Part shown: one piece after another, positions 27,835 through 40,526 of the stretch
Numbering within the stretch: position 1 is the stretch's first letter
Layout of the letters: the number at the start of each line of letters is the position of its first letter
NCBI RefSeq assembly: GCF_006345805.1
Contig: NC_043013.1
Span: forward strand, 44,516,001-44,580,000
From: Octopus sinensis
Taxonomy: Eukaryota
Reading direction: 5' to 3'
DNA: 64,000 bases
Notes under the pieces: generated by a model
The model's input: the letters and a program-made list of their open reading frames with translations, nothing else
Databases searched by the model: none
Told to the model about the DNA's origin: nothing
Translations under genes and position numbers: made by a program

Positions 27835-28005
27835 TGAGGTTGCTCTTGAGTGCTACTGGTAACATATAATCCAGTACAACCTGTTGCATGGCCGGGCTAA
27901 CAGCGACTAAACTGGCAACCCCACCAGGCTTGCTTGGTGAGGAGGGTGTAGTTGGACACCCTGCGGGATGAAAAATAAGACCTGAACAGTCAACAGCCAT
28001 CCAAC
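27835..28005 (+). mobile_element. 5' UTR fragment of a non-LTR retrotransposon with degenerate HDV-like ribozyme fold
   Basis: GC-rich island between microsatellites with nested pairings GGTAACA/TGTTGC and CCAGT/ACTGG and a CTAA J4/2-like strand. Confidence 0.45.
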
Positions 28006-28675
28006 AAAATGTCTGTAAATATGTATATATAAATATATTTTTATTTTCTTATATGTATATATATATATGTATATTTTCACTTTTATATATATATATTATA
28101 TATATATATTATATATATATATATATATATATGGAAAAGGATGCATGGCGCTCAATCATATAATAATATAAATAATATATAAATATATGCATATATACAT
28201 ACATATATGTACATGCCTACATATATATGTATATATACTTGCATATACACACACACACATACCTTTGCATGTGTCCTGGTGTCTGTGTTTGTCCCCTTGG
28301 ACCACTTGACAACCGGTGTTGGTGTATTTATGTCCTGGTAAAAGAGATCAATAAGGATAAGTAGCAGGCTTAACAAAAAATAAGTACTGGAGGCAATTCA
28401 TTCAACTAAAATTTCTTCAAGGCCCCAGCATGGCCACAGTCTAATGACTGAGACAAGTAAATGATTAAAGATAAAAGGTACACACCCATATATAGGTATA
28501 TATGGACACAAATGTTTTGGTGTGTGTCCAAAACTACAAAAATTGCAAGAGACAGGCCTACAATTCCAGTCTGTTATATATTTTGAGTATTGTTATCACT
28601 AGCAATATCAAGATATAACTTTGTATTTTGTATTTTATGTGTAGATGTATATATATAGATGTACATGTAATATGT

Positions 28676-28714
<39 letters not shown>

Positions 28715-28869
28715 TACATGCATAATATATCTACCCATACACACGTACGCACACACACACACACACACATACATAGGGGCAGGTGTGGCTGTGTGGTAAC
28801 AAACTACGTTCCAAACACATGGTCCTGGGTTCAGTTCCACTGTGTGGTGACTTGGTATGTGTAGGCACA

Positions 28870-31140
28870 AACACTCTGTCTTCACATTTGCTGCATGAGA
28901 CATGTTTTAATGTTGACGAGCTTGCCGAGTACATAGCCGACAATGAGCCAAAGCTCCTTCCAGAACAGAAGTTCACTTACAACTCCGTTGTTAATTCAGT
29001 CCGGGCCAAAGCTGGGGGGATTTTTTTCCTGGATGCTCCTGGGGGCACTGGGAAAACTTTTGTCAACAAATTAATATTGGCTGAGATTAGGCGAACACAA
29101 GGCATTGCCCTAGCTGTGGCATCATCTGGAATTGTGGCTACTTTGTTGCCAGGTGGCAGGACAGCTCACTCCACTTTCAAGCTCCCGCTTGACTTAGCGA
29201 AGACTGAGACACCAACTTGCAACATCAGTAACAGCTCCGATCAGGCAGAAGTCTTCAGACGATGCAAGCTTATCGTTTGGGATGAATGCACGATGGCCCA
29301 CAGACGTGCTCTTGAGGCACTAGATAGATCTCTCAGAGACATCAAACACTCTTCAGCTCCCATGGGAGGCATAGCACTTCTTTCAGGGGACTTCCGACAA
29401 ACACTTCCTGTTTCTCCCAAAGGGACTACAGCTGATGCAGTAAGTGCGTGTCTTAAGTCATCCAGATTGTGGCCACTGGTGAAGACTCTCAAACTTCACA
29501 CCAATATGCGTTCTCATATGCAACGTGATATCACATTAGCAGCATTTTCTCACACCCTCCTTGCACTTGGCGAAGGCAAAATACTAGGGGATGGAAATGG
29601 TAATATTGCCATTGATTCCATTTGTACCATTGTTAAAACGCCTTCTGATCTCAGAGATGCAGTGTTCCCAGATCTACAAGCTAATTATCAGAATATGGAT
29701 TGGATTGGCCAAAGGGCTATTCTGGCCCCGAGGAATAAAAGTGTTCACCATATTAATGATGAAATGCTAAAACTCATTCCTGGGGATGTCTATGTATATA
29801 TGTCTATCGATACAACTCCTGACCCAGAGGATGTCATCAACTATCCAATAGAGGTACTCAATTCCTTTGAGCCCCCCGGACTACCACCACACATTCTCAA
29901 ACTTAAAGTTGGTGCCCCTATAATGCTCATTAGAAATTTGGTTCCCCCAAAACAATGCAATGGCACACGTTTCATCGTTAAGTCCTTATCTCCCAATCTG
30001 ATTGAGGCCACCATTATCACAGGGTGCGGTCGAGGCAACGTTGTGCTCATACCTAGGATGCATCTTTTCCCATCAGGAGCAGACCTACCTTTCATATTTC
30101 GGAGGTCCCAGTTCCCAGTAAGGCCATGTTTCGCAATGTCAATTAACAAAGCGCAGAGTCAAACACTGTCTGTGGCGGGAATACATTTGGGAGAGCCATG
30201 TTTCTCTCATGGTCAGCTTTATGTTGCCTGCTCGCGTGTTGGCAGCAACAGTGATGCTTTCGCATTCGTTCCACAACGTAAAACAAAAATCATTGTGTAC
30301 AAGGAGGTTTTATAGGATTACGTTTCATCATTTTCGAACACGTTAGTATTTCACTTACATATGACTCTCTTTTATGATGGCATTTACATTTTTAGGCATT
30401 TCATGACATTAATTCACACTTAACCAACACCTGTCCCTCGCTCACCTCTATTTCTATCCATTCATCATCAAACCACCAGCCTCATCTTCTATATCCAACG
30501 TACATGACATATCTACACTCTCACTGTTAAAGTTTACATAAGCGACAACACGATCGCAACACACACTTTGGAAACTAAGCAACAGATCATTTTGTACAAC
30601 AACAAATTTAATCATAACACCCATCAATGAAAACATCTCCACCACTGTGTTGTGATTCATCTATTCAGCACCACTACAGTCTTGCCGGTCTGACATATGG
30701 TGAGTAGATGCTATTGTTCTATATTTTATAAATTACCCATATTTACTTACCCATGCTTCATTCCCCTCTTGCCTACATAGGGCATCCATTCTCTTTTAAC
30801 ACAGCATGAAGTTTTGTAACAGCACATCCACTGCCGTTCGTGGAAAACGAAGAGACCCTATTCACCTGCAAACGTTTTACACCGCCTTCCACGACTATCA
30901 AATTCTTACAATTATGAGAACAATAACATGGCTCTTTTCAAGGCAACCTTGCATTCAATTCTTACACCATTCTACGAGGGGTTAGGAACCCCTTTACACG
31001 GCTTTCTATACACTTACAAATACATTCATTTGCCATAAACTTATATCAATATTTGCCTGAAAAATCATCATAATTCAGTGCAATCATTAACAGTACTTTC
31101 AAGCAAGTCAACCCCGAGCATCGCCGGGCAATTCTGCTAG
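28870..31140 (+). mobile_element. Helitron, 3' portion
   Basis: Helicase ORF plus canonical 3' end CCCGAGCATCGCCGGG hairpin, CAATTCTG, CTAG|T at 31137-31140. Confidence 0.9.
28880..30315 (+). CDS. Helitron PIF1-family helicase domain (5'-truncated RepHel; no Rep/HUH domain)
   Basis: DAPGGTGKTF (Walker A), AVASSGIVATLLPGGRTAHSTFK, IVWDEC (Walker B), GDFRQTLPV, LHTNMR, CNGTR, FAMSINKAQSQT, FSHGQLYVACSRV. The first about 30 codons of the track ORF are SINE-head sequence. Confidence 0.9.
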
Positions 31141-31146
31141 TATATA

Positions 31147-31432
31147 CATATATAAGTTAGAGATAAACCACTGTTATGTAATTCAAACAATGATAGACGT
31201 AACTTATATCATATAGAAAAAGTAAAATATATGATAAAACATTTATCTAGATCACAAAAAGTACATGATAATAAATAAACAGTATACTTATTATATACTG
31301 TTTATTTATTAGTATGTACTTTTTGTGACCTAGATAAATGTTTTATCATATATTTTACTTTTTCTATATGATATAAGTTACGTCTATCATTGTTTGAATT
31401 ACATAACAGTGGTTTTTCTCTAATTCATATAT
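31147..31432. repeat. Near-perfect long inverted repeat (about 135-bp arms, short loop), Penelope-like fold-back
   Basis: AGAGATAAACCACTGTTATG...AAACAGTATA / TATACTGTTT...CATAACAGTGGTTTTTCTCT; the right arm continues to an (ATT)n tail at about 31555. Confidence 0.92.
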
Positions 31433-31507
31433 ATTACATATTTATATTGTGAAATTTGATTTAATACTAAATTGAATTTTTACCTGTAGGTTTGGAGTTA
31501 TACTTCC

Positions 31508-31560
<53 letters not shown>

Positions 31561-31618
31561 CCATCTGCAGTAAACAAATCCAAAAGAAAAAGCACACTCT
31601 AAGATGTAGAACAGTATG

Positions 31619-31825
31619 TATTAAAAATGAGGAAGGCCGTTTTATGGGGTTACCTTAGGTTTCCCATCCATAAAGGGTTTAGCTTTATAGTGCATCATCA
31701 GATCCCAAAATCCTTCTATTTTGAAGTCATGGGCCAACAGGTTTTTGGGATCTGACAATACACCATAAAGCTATGGACGGGAAACCTAAGGTAATCCCAT
31801 AAACCAGCCTTCCCCATTTTTAATA
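31619..31825. mobile_element. Palindromic MITE (about 90-bp arms, TA flanks)
   Basis: TATTAAAAATG.GGAAGGC..TTACCTTAGGTTTCCC..TCAGATCCCAAAA mirrored by TTTTGGGATCTGA..GGGAAACCTAAGGTAA..GCCTTCCCCATTTTTAATA. Confidence 0.82.
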
Positions 31826-31831
31826 TATATT

Positions 31832-31993
31832 TAGGAATTTGATTATTATGGTCAGTCAGAGATTGACCATTGATTTTTCACCTATAAAGTGCTTAGCTGT
31901 ATAGGTGACTTGTCAGTCAAATTGCCGCGAGCACATAGCTTCTCTAGCCTATAAGGCTGAATGCTCTGATTGGCCATAACAATCAGCTTCCTA
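31832..31993. mobile_element. MITE related to 20288-20434
   Basis: TAGGAA..TTATGGTCAGTCAGAG / CTCTGATTGGCCATAAC..CTTCCTA. Confidence 0.65.
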
Positions 31994-32055
31994 ATTACTG
32001 CTCTAATGTCTTAGAATATGCTTCTTTTTCAGTTATATGAACTACTGATGATATA

Positions 32056-34460
32056 TAGGGGTAACAACACTTTGGATCTGCTACTTAGCGCTTCTCCTGA
32101 AACAATCATTAGTGTCACTACCGAAGAACCTTTAGGTGACTCTGATCATTCCATGATCATAGCCAACTTGTCTCTGATTGGTTGTAACAAAAAACACAAC
32201 CATCTTCAGACTGCCCGCTTTGACTGGAATAAAGCAAACTGGAGCTCTTATTGTACTGAGCTGCAACGCCCAAACTGGCGCGAATTTTATGCCTCTGGAG
32301 ATGTGGACACTATACTCCAGAACATTCTGAATTCAATATGGGCAGCATGTGCAGCATCAGTACCACGCAAGCACAAAAAACCACCCAATAGTGCAAGTTG
32401 GGAGACTGCAGCAGTCCGACTTGCCAGGAAAGAACGCTGTAATGCTGAACAGGAATACAAATTGCACAAATCAGAGAGCAACAGGAAAAAGCGCAATAGG
32501 TCAGCCAACCACCTCAAGCAGGTGACAAAAAAGGCAGTGCTTGAATTTGAACAACGCATTGCAGCTAACCCTGACAGCAAAGTGTTCTGGAAGTATGTGC
32601 ACTCAAAGCAGAGACCCCACTCTCCAGTTGGTCCCCTTCGCAATTCCCACACAGGACAGATTACTGGCAATCCCGAAGAATGTGCAGAAATCATTGCTGG
32701 ATGCTATGCCGGCATCTTTACTGTCGAAGACCAAAATGTTCCATCTTCATCACCACTGACATCGAACTCTATATCTACTATGCAATTTACACCAGCAATG
32801 CTGCAACGTCACCTTAAGAATAAACGCAATTATGCCTCTCCTGGTCTCGATGGTGTTACATACCTACTTCTCAAACGCGGTGGGTACTTTCTTCTAAGCC
32901 AACTTTCTCTATTCTTCCAATTCTGTCTTGACAATGGTGTTACTCCAGAACAGTGGAAAACTGCCAGCGTCATCCCTCTGTTCAAAAAAGGCGACCGCAC
33001 AGCGCCTGTCAACTATCGCCCCGTCAGTCTTACTAGCTGCATCGCCAAACTGATGGAATCCTGTATCAGAGAAACCCTCTGGAACTTCTGGAAGTCTCAC
33101 AGCCTCATCCAGCCATCACAATTCGGATTTATTCCTAACTCCAGCTGCTGTAATCAACTCATCGAGTTTCTTGAGGATGTTACCCAAATCACTGATCGCG
33201 GATCCTGGGTGGATGTTGTTTACCTGGACTTTGCTAAGGCTTTTAACTCTGTGCCACACAAAAGACTTATGGTGAAGCTTTCTGCGTTGGGTGTAAGAGA
33301 CGAACTCTATAACTGGTTGAAGTCCTTTATTTTCAGCCGAAAAGAGGTTGTCACAGTTCTAGGAGAGCACTCTTCGCCCTATGAGATGACATCTAGTGTA
33401 CCACAGGGATCTGTTCTTGGTCCCCTTTTATTTGTTGCATATGTTAATGACATAGATGCCAACTTAAAGAATGCCACAGTGCTAAAATATGCAGATGGCA
33501 TCAAGCTGTACCTCGAAATAAAGAGGTCAAATCCTGTACTCTATAGATCTCTATTGCAAGCAGACCTGGACACAATGCAGCAGTGGATCATGGACTGGCA
33601 ACTCAAGGTGGCTGTGGACAAATGTACCACCATGCATTTTGGGAGGAGAAACCCAGCGTCCACCTACTCCCTCCACAACACTAGTCTCAAAAAGTCTTCA
33701 TGTGAACGTGACCTGGGTGTCATTGTCGACAGTGATTTGCGTTGGACAAAACACATCGCTGAAATTGTCAAAAAGGCTGAGGGTGTCTTGGCATCACTCA
33801 CCAAATCCTTTGTGAGCCGCTCTCCGGCTGTCTATCTGCGGCTTTATATAGCTATGGTAAGACCTCACCTGGAATTTGCATCACCGGTCTGGAACCCCTA
33901 TCTTGCCCAGGATATCAATCGTCTGGAAGCTGTTCAGCGATGTGCTACCAAAAGAATACCCTCCATCAGGCATTTGCCATATCCTGAACGCCTTACTTCC
34001 CTGGGCATGGACACATTGAAACTCCGACGTCTGGCAGCTGACTTGGCAGACACCCATAAAATTATCAACCATCGTACAAACAATAACTCTGAGCACCTTT
34101 TCAAACTCCACCCATCTAACACCCGTGGACATATTTACAAAGTCAGAAAACAGCACAGCTCCCATGACTTCAGGAAACATTTTTTCATGCTGAGAGTTGC
34201 TGAAGCATGGAACAAACTGCCGGCATCAGTTGTTAGTTGTCGGAGCACTGCATCCTTCAAAACTTCCATGCTTTCTGAGATTCGCCAACACTACACCTGA
34301 TTTTCTCCCCTCCATACACACACAGGCATGTATCTGACTCATACATTGTTCGCTTTCCAGACATTTTTACATTACTACATATGCTTTATACACACTTTTG
34401 ACAAGTTGTGGTACACCTGAGCACTGTATACAATAATTTCATTATTATTATTATTATTAT
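32056..34460 (+). mobile_element. CR1-like LINE, 5'-truncated, with uninterrupted ORF2 (end of endonuclease plus RT) and (ATT)n tail
   Basis: ORF 32018..34300: RGNNTLDLLL..GDSDH (APE end), PGLDG, FKKGDR..NYRPVSLTS, QFGF, DVVYLDFAKAF, VPQGSVLGPLLF, YADG (YADD mutated), ERDLGV, VRPHLEF, WNKLP. Confidence 0.93.
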
Positions 34461-34892
34461 ACATATACATAGATATCATCATCATCATCATCATTGTTTT
34501 CCATGCTAGCATGGGTTGGACGTTTCAACTGGGGTCTGGGAAGCCAGGAGGCTGCACCAGGCTCCAGTCTGATCTGGCAGTGTTTCTACAGCAGGGTGCC
34601 CTTCCTAACGCCAACCACTCTGTGAGTGCAGTGGGTGCTTTTTACGTGCCACCGGCACAAGTATCACAACTACAATTTCCATTTGATTTTTGATGTTGAT
34701 GTACTTGACTCAATAGGTCTCCTCAAGTACAGCAGGTCGCCCCACGATCCGAGGTAAGCACAGCAGGCCTTACTGTGATCTGAGGTACTTTGAATGGGCT
34801 AGGGCTGGTTGTATGTAGCTGGTGTAGGATACAGCCATGAACTCACTTTATTTGTCGGGTCTTCACAGTCACGGCATATCTCCTTTCACTCT

Positions 34893-34974
34893 GATCATCA
34901 TCATCATCATCATCATCATTATCATCATCATCATCATCATCTTCACCATCATCATCTTCACCATCATCATCACC

Positions 34975-35046
<72 letters not shown>

Positions 35047-35051
35047 TTCAC

Positions 35052-35098
<47 letters not shown>

Positions 35099-35147
35099 CC
35101 ATCATCACCATCATCATCATCATCATCATCATCATCATTATCATCAC

Positions 35148-35185
<38 letters not shown>

Positions 35186-35189
35186 CCAC

Positions 35190-35227
<38 letters not shown>

Positions 35228-35240
35228 CACCATCATCATC

Positions 35241-35289
<49 letters not shown>

Positions 35290-35332
35290 CCATCATCATC
35301 ACCATCATCATCATCTTCACCATCATCATCAC

Positions 35333-35369
<37 letters not shown>
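34893..35369. repeat. (CAT)n trinucleotide expansion, tail of a minus-strand RTE 3' end
   Basis: About 475 bp of CAT/CAC directly abutting CGTCCTTTTCCATG..TGGATGCCCTTC. Confidence 0.95.
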
Positions 35370-35370
<1 letters not shown>

Positions 35371-36739
35371 GTCCTTTTTCCATGTTGGTATGTGTTTGAT
35401 GGTTCGACAGGAGCTGCTAAGGCCAGGAATTACACCAGGCTCCATTGTTTGTTCTGGCAGGATTTCTTTGGTTGGATGCCCTTCATAACACCAACCACTT
35501 TACAGAGTGTTCTGGGTGCCCTTTACGCAGCATCAGTACCAGTGCTTTTTACATTGTACCATCACCTGTGCATTTTACATGTCACTATTGCCACTGCTTT
35601 TTACATGGAGCCAGCACAGGTATCGATTCTGCTGTGGTGGGCGAGTCTTCTTGAGTACAGCAAGGCATCAGAACTCTCAGTCCTTTGTCATTATACTAAT
35701 GTGTGTGTGTGTGTGTCTGTGCATGTGTGTCTGTGTGTGTGTTTGTGTGTGTGTGTGTGTGATTGTGTGTGTGTGTGATTGTGTGTGCGTGTGTGTGTTT
35801 GTGTATGTGTACAAGTGTTTGTTTGTTTGTGTGTGTGTATGTGTGTGTGTTTGTGTGTGTGCCCAAATGAAAAGGAACAGTACTCAATGCATAAAATAAA
35901 TGCGACATTTTAAAGCCTAGCCAGGCTCATGGGCCCGGTTTCCATGGTGTATGTGTTCCCCAGCTGGACGGGATGCCAGTCTATCGCAGCGTTACTTGTT
36001 TTTGCCAGCTGAGTGGACTGGAGCAACGTAAAGTGAAATGTTTTGCTCAAGAACACAACGCGTCGCCTGGTCCAGGAATCGAAACTCCAATCTTGCGATC
36101 ATGATGCTGACACCCTAACCACTAAGTCACGCGCCTCCTCACTCAATGCATAAAGTAGAGTTAATATATCAGTAACGACAGTGAAAGAATTGGATGTTTC
36201 CATAGTTATTTATTCTGAGTTTCATATTGCAACTTCTTCAAAACAAATTTACTTCCTTATTTGAAAGCTGCTGTTGATATAGATATTTGATGAAAGCAAG
36301 GCTGACAAAAAAAAAAAAAATTAATATTCCAATACTTGAATAGATAAATCAATGTATGTGATGGTTGAATAAGTTTCTGAGTGTAGATAAAAGACAGAAT
36401 GAAAGTAGAGGGGAAAACTTCAAAGAGAAATTAGAATTGTATGTAGAGATAGAATTTTACAATATAAATAAAGCCCCAAGAGCATGCATTACAGAGAATG
36501 GAGCGGATGGGGGGGGGGAGAAGGAGTGAGAAAAGTGAGGAAGAGTGAGGTAGTGAAGTAGAAAAAGAAAGGAAGAAAAGAAAGACAAAACAGAAAGTGA
36601 AAGAAAAAAGAAGGAAGAGAGAGAAAGAAAGAGGGTAAAAAGCGATATAATAGGAAATGCGACAATTTAGTTGTATCATAGAGCATCAACAACACTGGAA
36701 CACACACACACATCTATATATATATATATATATAATTGA

Positions 36740-36980
36740 AGAGGCGGTGAGCTGGCAGAAACGTTAGCACGCCGGGCAAAATGTGTAGCCATATTTTGTC
36801 TGCTGTTACGTTACTGTTACTCAGTTCAAATTCCGCCGAGGTCGACTTTACCTTTCATCCTTTCGGGGTCGATAAATTAAGTACCAGTTACACACTAGGG
36901 TCGATATAGTCGACTTAATCCGTTTGTCTGTCCTTGTTTGTCCTCTCTGTGTTTAGCCCCTTGTGGGTAGTAAAGAAATA
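36740..36980 (+). mobile_element. SINE family B
   Basis: Full-length copy. Others at about 22735-22895, 24425-24820, 41140-41762, 44403-44515, 46858-47066, 50560-50750, 56003-56600 and 57172-57545. Confidence 0.88.
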
Positions 36981-37409
36981 TATATATATATATATATAAT
37001 TGAACGTACTGAATGTATGTGATTTGCTTGTTCACCAGTAGGCTGCGAAAGTAGCGTGGTGGAGACGACTCTCTTAAAGTACTTGAACTGAATTGGAGGG
37101 GAACTGAATCACCAGACCATGACTACATACAAATGGTGTAAAAACCATTTGCTGGTATGCCCTGACAATACAGGTGTAAGAATAAATTCTAGCATGAATT
37201 CAAATATGAATTGGAGGCAAGTTCACCTCCAATTCAGTCCTTGAGTGGGATTTGGGGTGAGTTGTGTCACCTGTCTATGACTTTCAGGCATTTTAATACC
37301 CAGTGCTTTGAGAGAGTTATCTCACAGTCTACCAGCAAACAAGTGGATGTGTGTGTGTGTGTGATAATGTTTACAACACTAGCACTGGTTCTAATTCATA
37401 TTTGAACAT

Positions 37410-37440
<31 letters not shown>

Positions 37441-37469
37441 TACATCAATCAATCAATAAATCAATCAAT

Positions 37470-38315
37470 CAGAGGGTGTTACCACTAGAATAAGAATAAC
37501 CTGGGCAAAGTTTAGAAACCTTCTACCCCTACTGGTGACAAAGGGTCTCTTGCTCAGAGTGAAAAGTAGATTGTACGATGCATGTGTGCGAACTGCCATG
37601 CTTCACAGCAGTGAAACATGGGCCGTGACTGTGGAGGACATGCATAGACTTGAAAGAAATGAAGCTAGCATGATCCGCTGGATGTGTAATGTCAGTGTGC
37701 ACACACGACAGAGTGTGAGCACCCTGAGAGAAATTTTGGACATAAGAAGCATTGCATGTGGTGTGCAAGAGAGACATTTGCACTGGTATGGTCATGTACT
37801 GCGGATGGTTGAGGAGAGATGTGTGAAGAAGTGCCACTCCCAAACAGTTGAAGGTATCCGGGGTAGAGGTAGACCCAGGAAGACATGGGATGAGGTGGTA
37901 AAGTATGACCTTCAAACGGGCCTCTCAGAGGCAATGGTGAAAGACCAAGACCTCTGGAGATATGCTGTGACCCGACAAATAAAGTGAGTCCATGACGTAT
38001 CCTACACCAGCTTCACATAACCAGCTCCAGCCCATTCAAAGTACCTTGGATCGTAGGATGACTTGCTGTGCTTACCTTGGATTGTAGGGTGACCTGCTGT
38101 GCTTGAGGAGACCTATTGAGTCAAGTACATCAAGTCAAGCACCCACTACACTACTCAAGTACATTGAGTCAAGCACCCACTACACTAACAGAGTGGTTGG
38201 CGTTAGGAAGGGCATCCAGCTGTAGAAACACTACCAGATCAGACTGGAGCCTGGTGCAGCCTCCTGGCTTCCAACCCATCCTAGCATAGAAAACAGACTT
38301 TAAATGATGATGATG
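37470..38315 (+). mobile_element. RTE LINE 3' fragment with (GAT)n tail
   Basis: ORF 37535..37987 YDACVRTAMLHSSETW..RGRGRPRKTWDEVV, followed by the conserved 3' UTR and GAT repeats. Confidence 0.9.
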
Positions 38316-38759
38316 ATATATACATATATTTATTATTAAACATTCTATGTATACATATCTACGTATGTGTGTATGTATGTGTATATATATATATATATAA
38401 AATATTTTATGTATACATATATATGTACGTACACACAAATATATACATATTAATTGATGGATTCAAACAAGACCTAACTTGACTACACAACAAGGAAAAG
38501 AAAACAGGTATGCTAACGCAGTTACTTTCTCTTTTTGCATTTCTCCCTTGCCATATCCTGATATGATTTTTTGCTAACAGGACCTGGTCTTAACTGAAGA
38601 AAGTCCACAGAGCATTCTGCTGGTAGATGTTTCCTTCATCAATAATTATATAATACAGTTCTTTTTATTTATGCTCCATAACAAGTAAGGTTTTGGCTTA
38701 TTACTGTCTTTTTAAGTACAATATAATGTTTCTGTTTCCAATGGTAGTGTGTCATATAT

Positions 38760-39150
38760 ATGGATGGAAGCACTCTGTCGGTTGCGACGACGAGGGTTCC
38801 GGTTGATCCGAATCAACGGAACAGCCTGCTCGTGAAATTAACGTGTAAGTGGCTGAGCACTCCACAGACATGTGTACCCTTAACGTAGTTCTCGGGAATA
38901 TTCAGCATGACACAGAGAGTGACAAGGCCGGCCCTTTGAAATACAGGTACAACAGAAACAGGAAGTAAGAGTGAGAAAAAGTTGTGGTGAAAGAGTACAG
39001 CAGGGATCACCACCATCCCCTGCCGGAGCCTCGTGGAGCTTTTAGGTGTTTTTGCTCAATAAACACTCACAACGCCCGGTCTGGGAATCGAAACCGCGAT
39101 CCTATGACCGCGAGTCCACTGCCCTAACCACTGGGCCATTGCACCTCCAC
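38760..39150 (-). mobile_element. SINE family C (tRNA-Arg-like head)
   Basis: Reverse complement GGAGGTGCAATGGCCCAGTGGTTAGGGCAGTGGACTCGCGGTCATAGGATCGCGGTTTCGATTCCCAG: tRNA-like A/B boxes but no acceptor stem. Confidence 0.82.
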
Positions 39151-39620
39151 TGTCATATATATTTACATGTATACACTGTGTAACACGATTTTTGTCCTTG
39201 GGTAGCAACTCTTATTTCCTATTTGCTTACCCGCTCACCCCTAGAAAGTGTGAAAAATGGCTAATATTTCATTCAAATTTTACTTTTCTTACATTTATTC
39301 AAACCCTAAAGAATCAGTCTCAACACATGGCTATGATGCTCCCCCACTACTCCTGCTCATGATCAGAGATACACATATTGTCAGCCACCAAGCGACATGG
39401 TCAAGTGGCTATGGTCAAGTAATTGACAAGCAAATCTGTGGTAATGAGCAGGATATTTGCTATAATGATATTTCTGCTTCAGCAATTCAGCACTGGATCT
39501 GTCTGAAATGTGATAGAAAATAAGTTAGTTTCAAAACATTGATGTCCAGATCACAAAAGCAAAGTATAAAGGGAATAATAGCGATTCCCTTTGATTTTTA
39601 GATAGAAGCAAATAAAAAAT

Positions 39621-39935
39621 AGGAGGTGCAATGGCATGGTGTTTAGGGCAGTGGACTCGTGGTCAGAGGATCACGGTTTCAATTCCCAGACTGGGTGTTG
39701 TGTGTTTATTGAGCGAAAACACCTAAAAGCCCCACGAGGCTCCGGCAGGAGCTGGTGGCCACTCCTGTTGTATTCTTTCGCCCCAACTTTCTCTCACTCT
39801 CTCTTCCTGTTTCTTGAGTAACGCTGCGATGGACTGGCATCCCGTCCAGCTGGGGGGAACACATATGCCATAGAAACTGGGAAACCAGGCCTATGAGCCT
39901 GGCTAGGCTTGAAAAGGGTGCATAAATAAATAAAT
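39621..39935 (+). mobile_element. SINE family C
   Basis: Same head, (TAAA)n tail. Related copies at about 40760-41052 (+), 35900-36140 (-) and 49400-49680 (-). Confidence 0.82.
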
Positions 39936-40347
39936 AAATAGATAAGAAATAACACTTACTGATCAGACAAAAAAAAAGAAAAAAATTGTTACACAGTGTT
40001 TCTGCTTGCTAGAAATGGCAGCCAAAGTTCCAGTGTTATTCTTAATTGAAAGTTTCCAAATTTCAACACTACATAAAAATAAGTTTGTATAATATTTTGA
40101 TTAATAATCAGCATGTGCCTTGTATCTATTAGTATTTATATAATATTTTATAATTTATATGTGTATTATATTTATTCTATTCTAATTAGATTTTAAATAG
40201 TAATTTTAAACTGTCTTGGAGTCTGATTTATTTCAAATCTAATTACATTAGCTAGATAAATTTCAAAACCAACAATATCAATTAAGCTCCATCTTTACAA
40301 TACTACTTGTTTTCTGTTTCCAAAATGAATTATATCTCCTTTATATA

Positions 40348-40526
40348 CAGTATTTTAACATGTATAAGGAACCTGCATGTATAAGGAATCCCCTAATTTT
40401 GGGGGCTTAAAATTTGGAAAAAAGTTTTTGTAAAGGATTATAATACTATCCATGTATAAGAAACTCCCATATTTTTTAAAGCTAATTTTTGACAAAAAAG
40501 GGTTCCTTATACATGTTAAAATATGG
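40348..40526. mobile_element. Tc1/pogo-type MITE
   Basis: TA|CAGTATTTTAACATGTATAAGGAACC ... GGTTCCTTATACATGTTAAAATATGG|TA. Confidence 0.85.

Noticed and set aside
28783-30315. Host PIF1 DNA-repair gene
   Set aside because: Intronless, Helitron-type motifs, followed by a Helitron hairpin-CTAG end; the N-terminus is SINE-derived.
32018-32055. ATG start of the 760-aa RT ORF
   Set aside because: The first about 13 codons are flanking DNA fortuitously in frame with a 5'-truncated LINE.
34809-35778. Poly-His, poly-Ile/Ser and poly-Met ORFs
   Set aside because: (CAT)n expansion of an RTE tail; no exon structure.
39075-39150. tRNA-Arg gene (also 39621 and 40760)
   Set aside because: tRNA-like A/B boxes continue into SINE body sequence with no acceptor stem or poly-T terminator.
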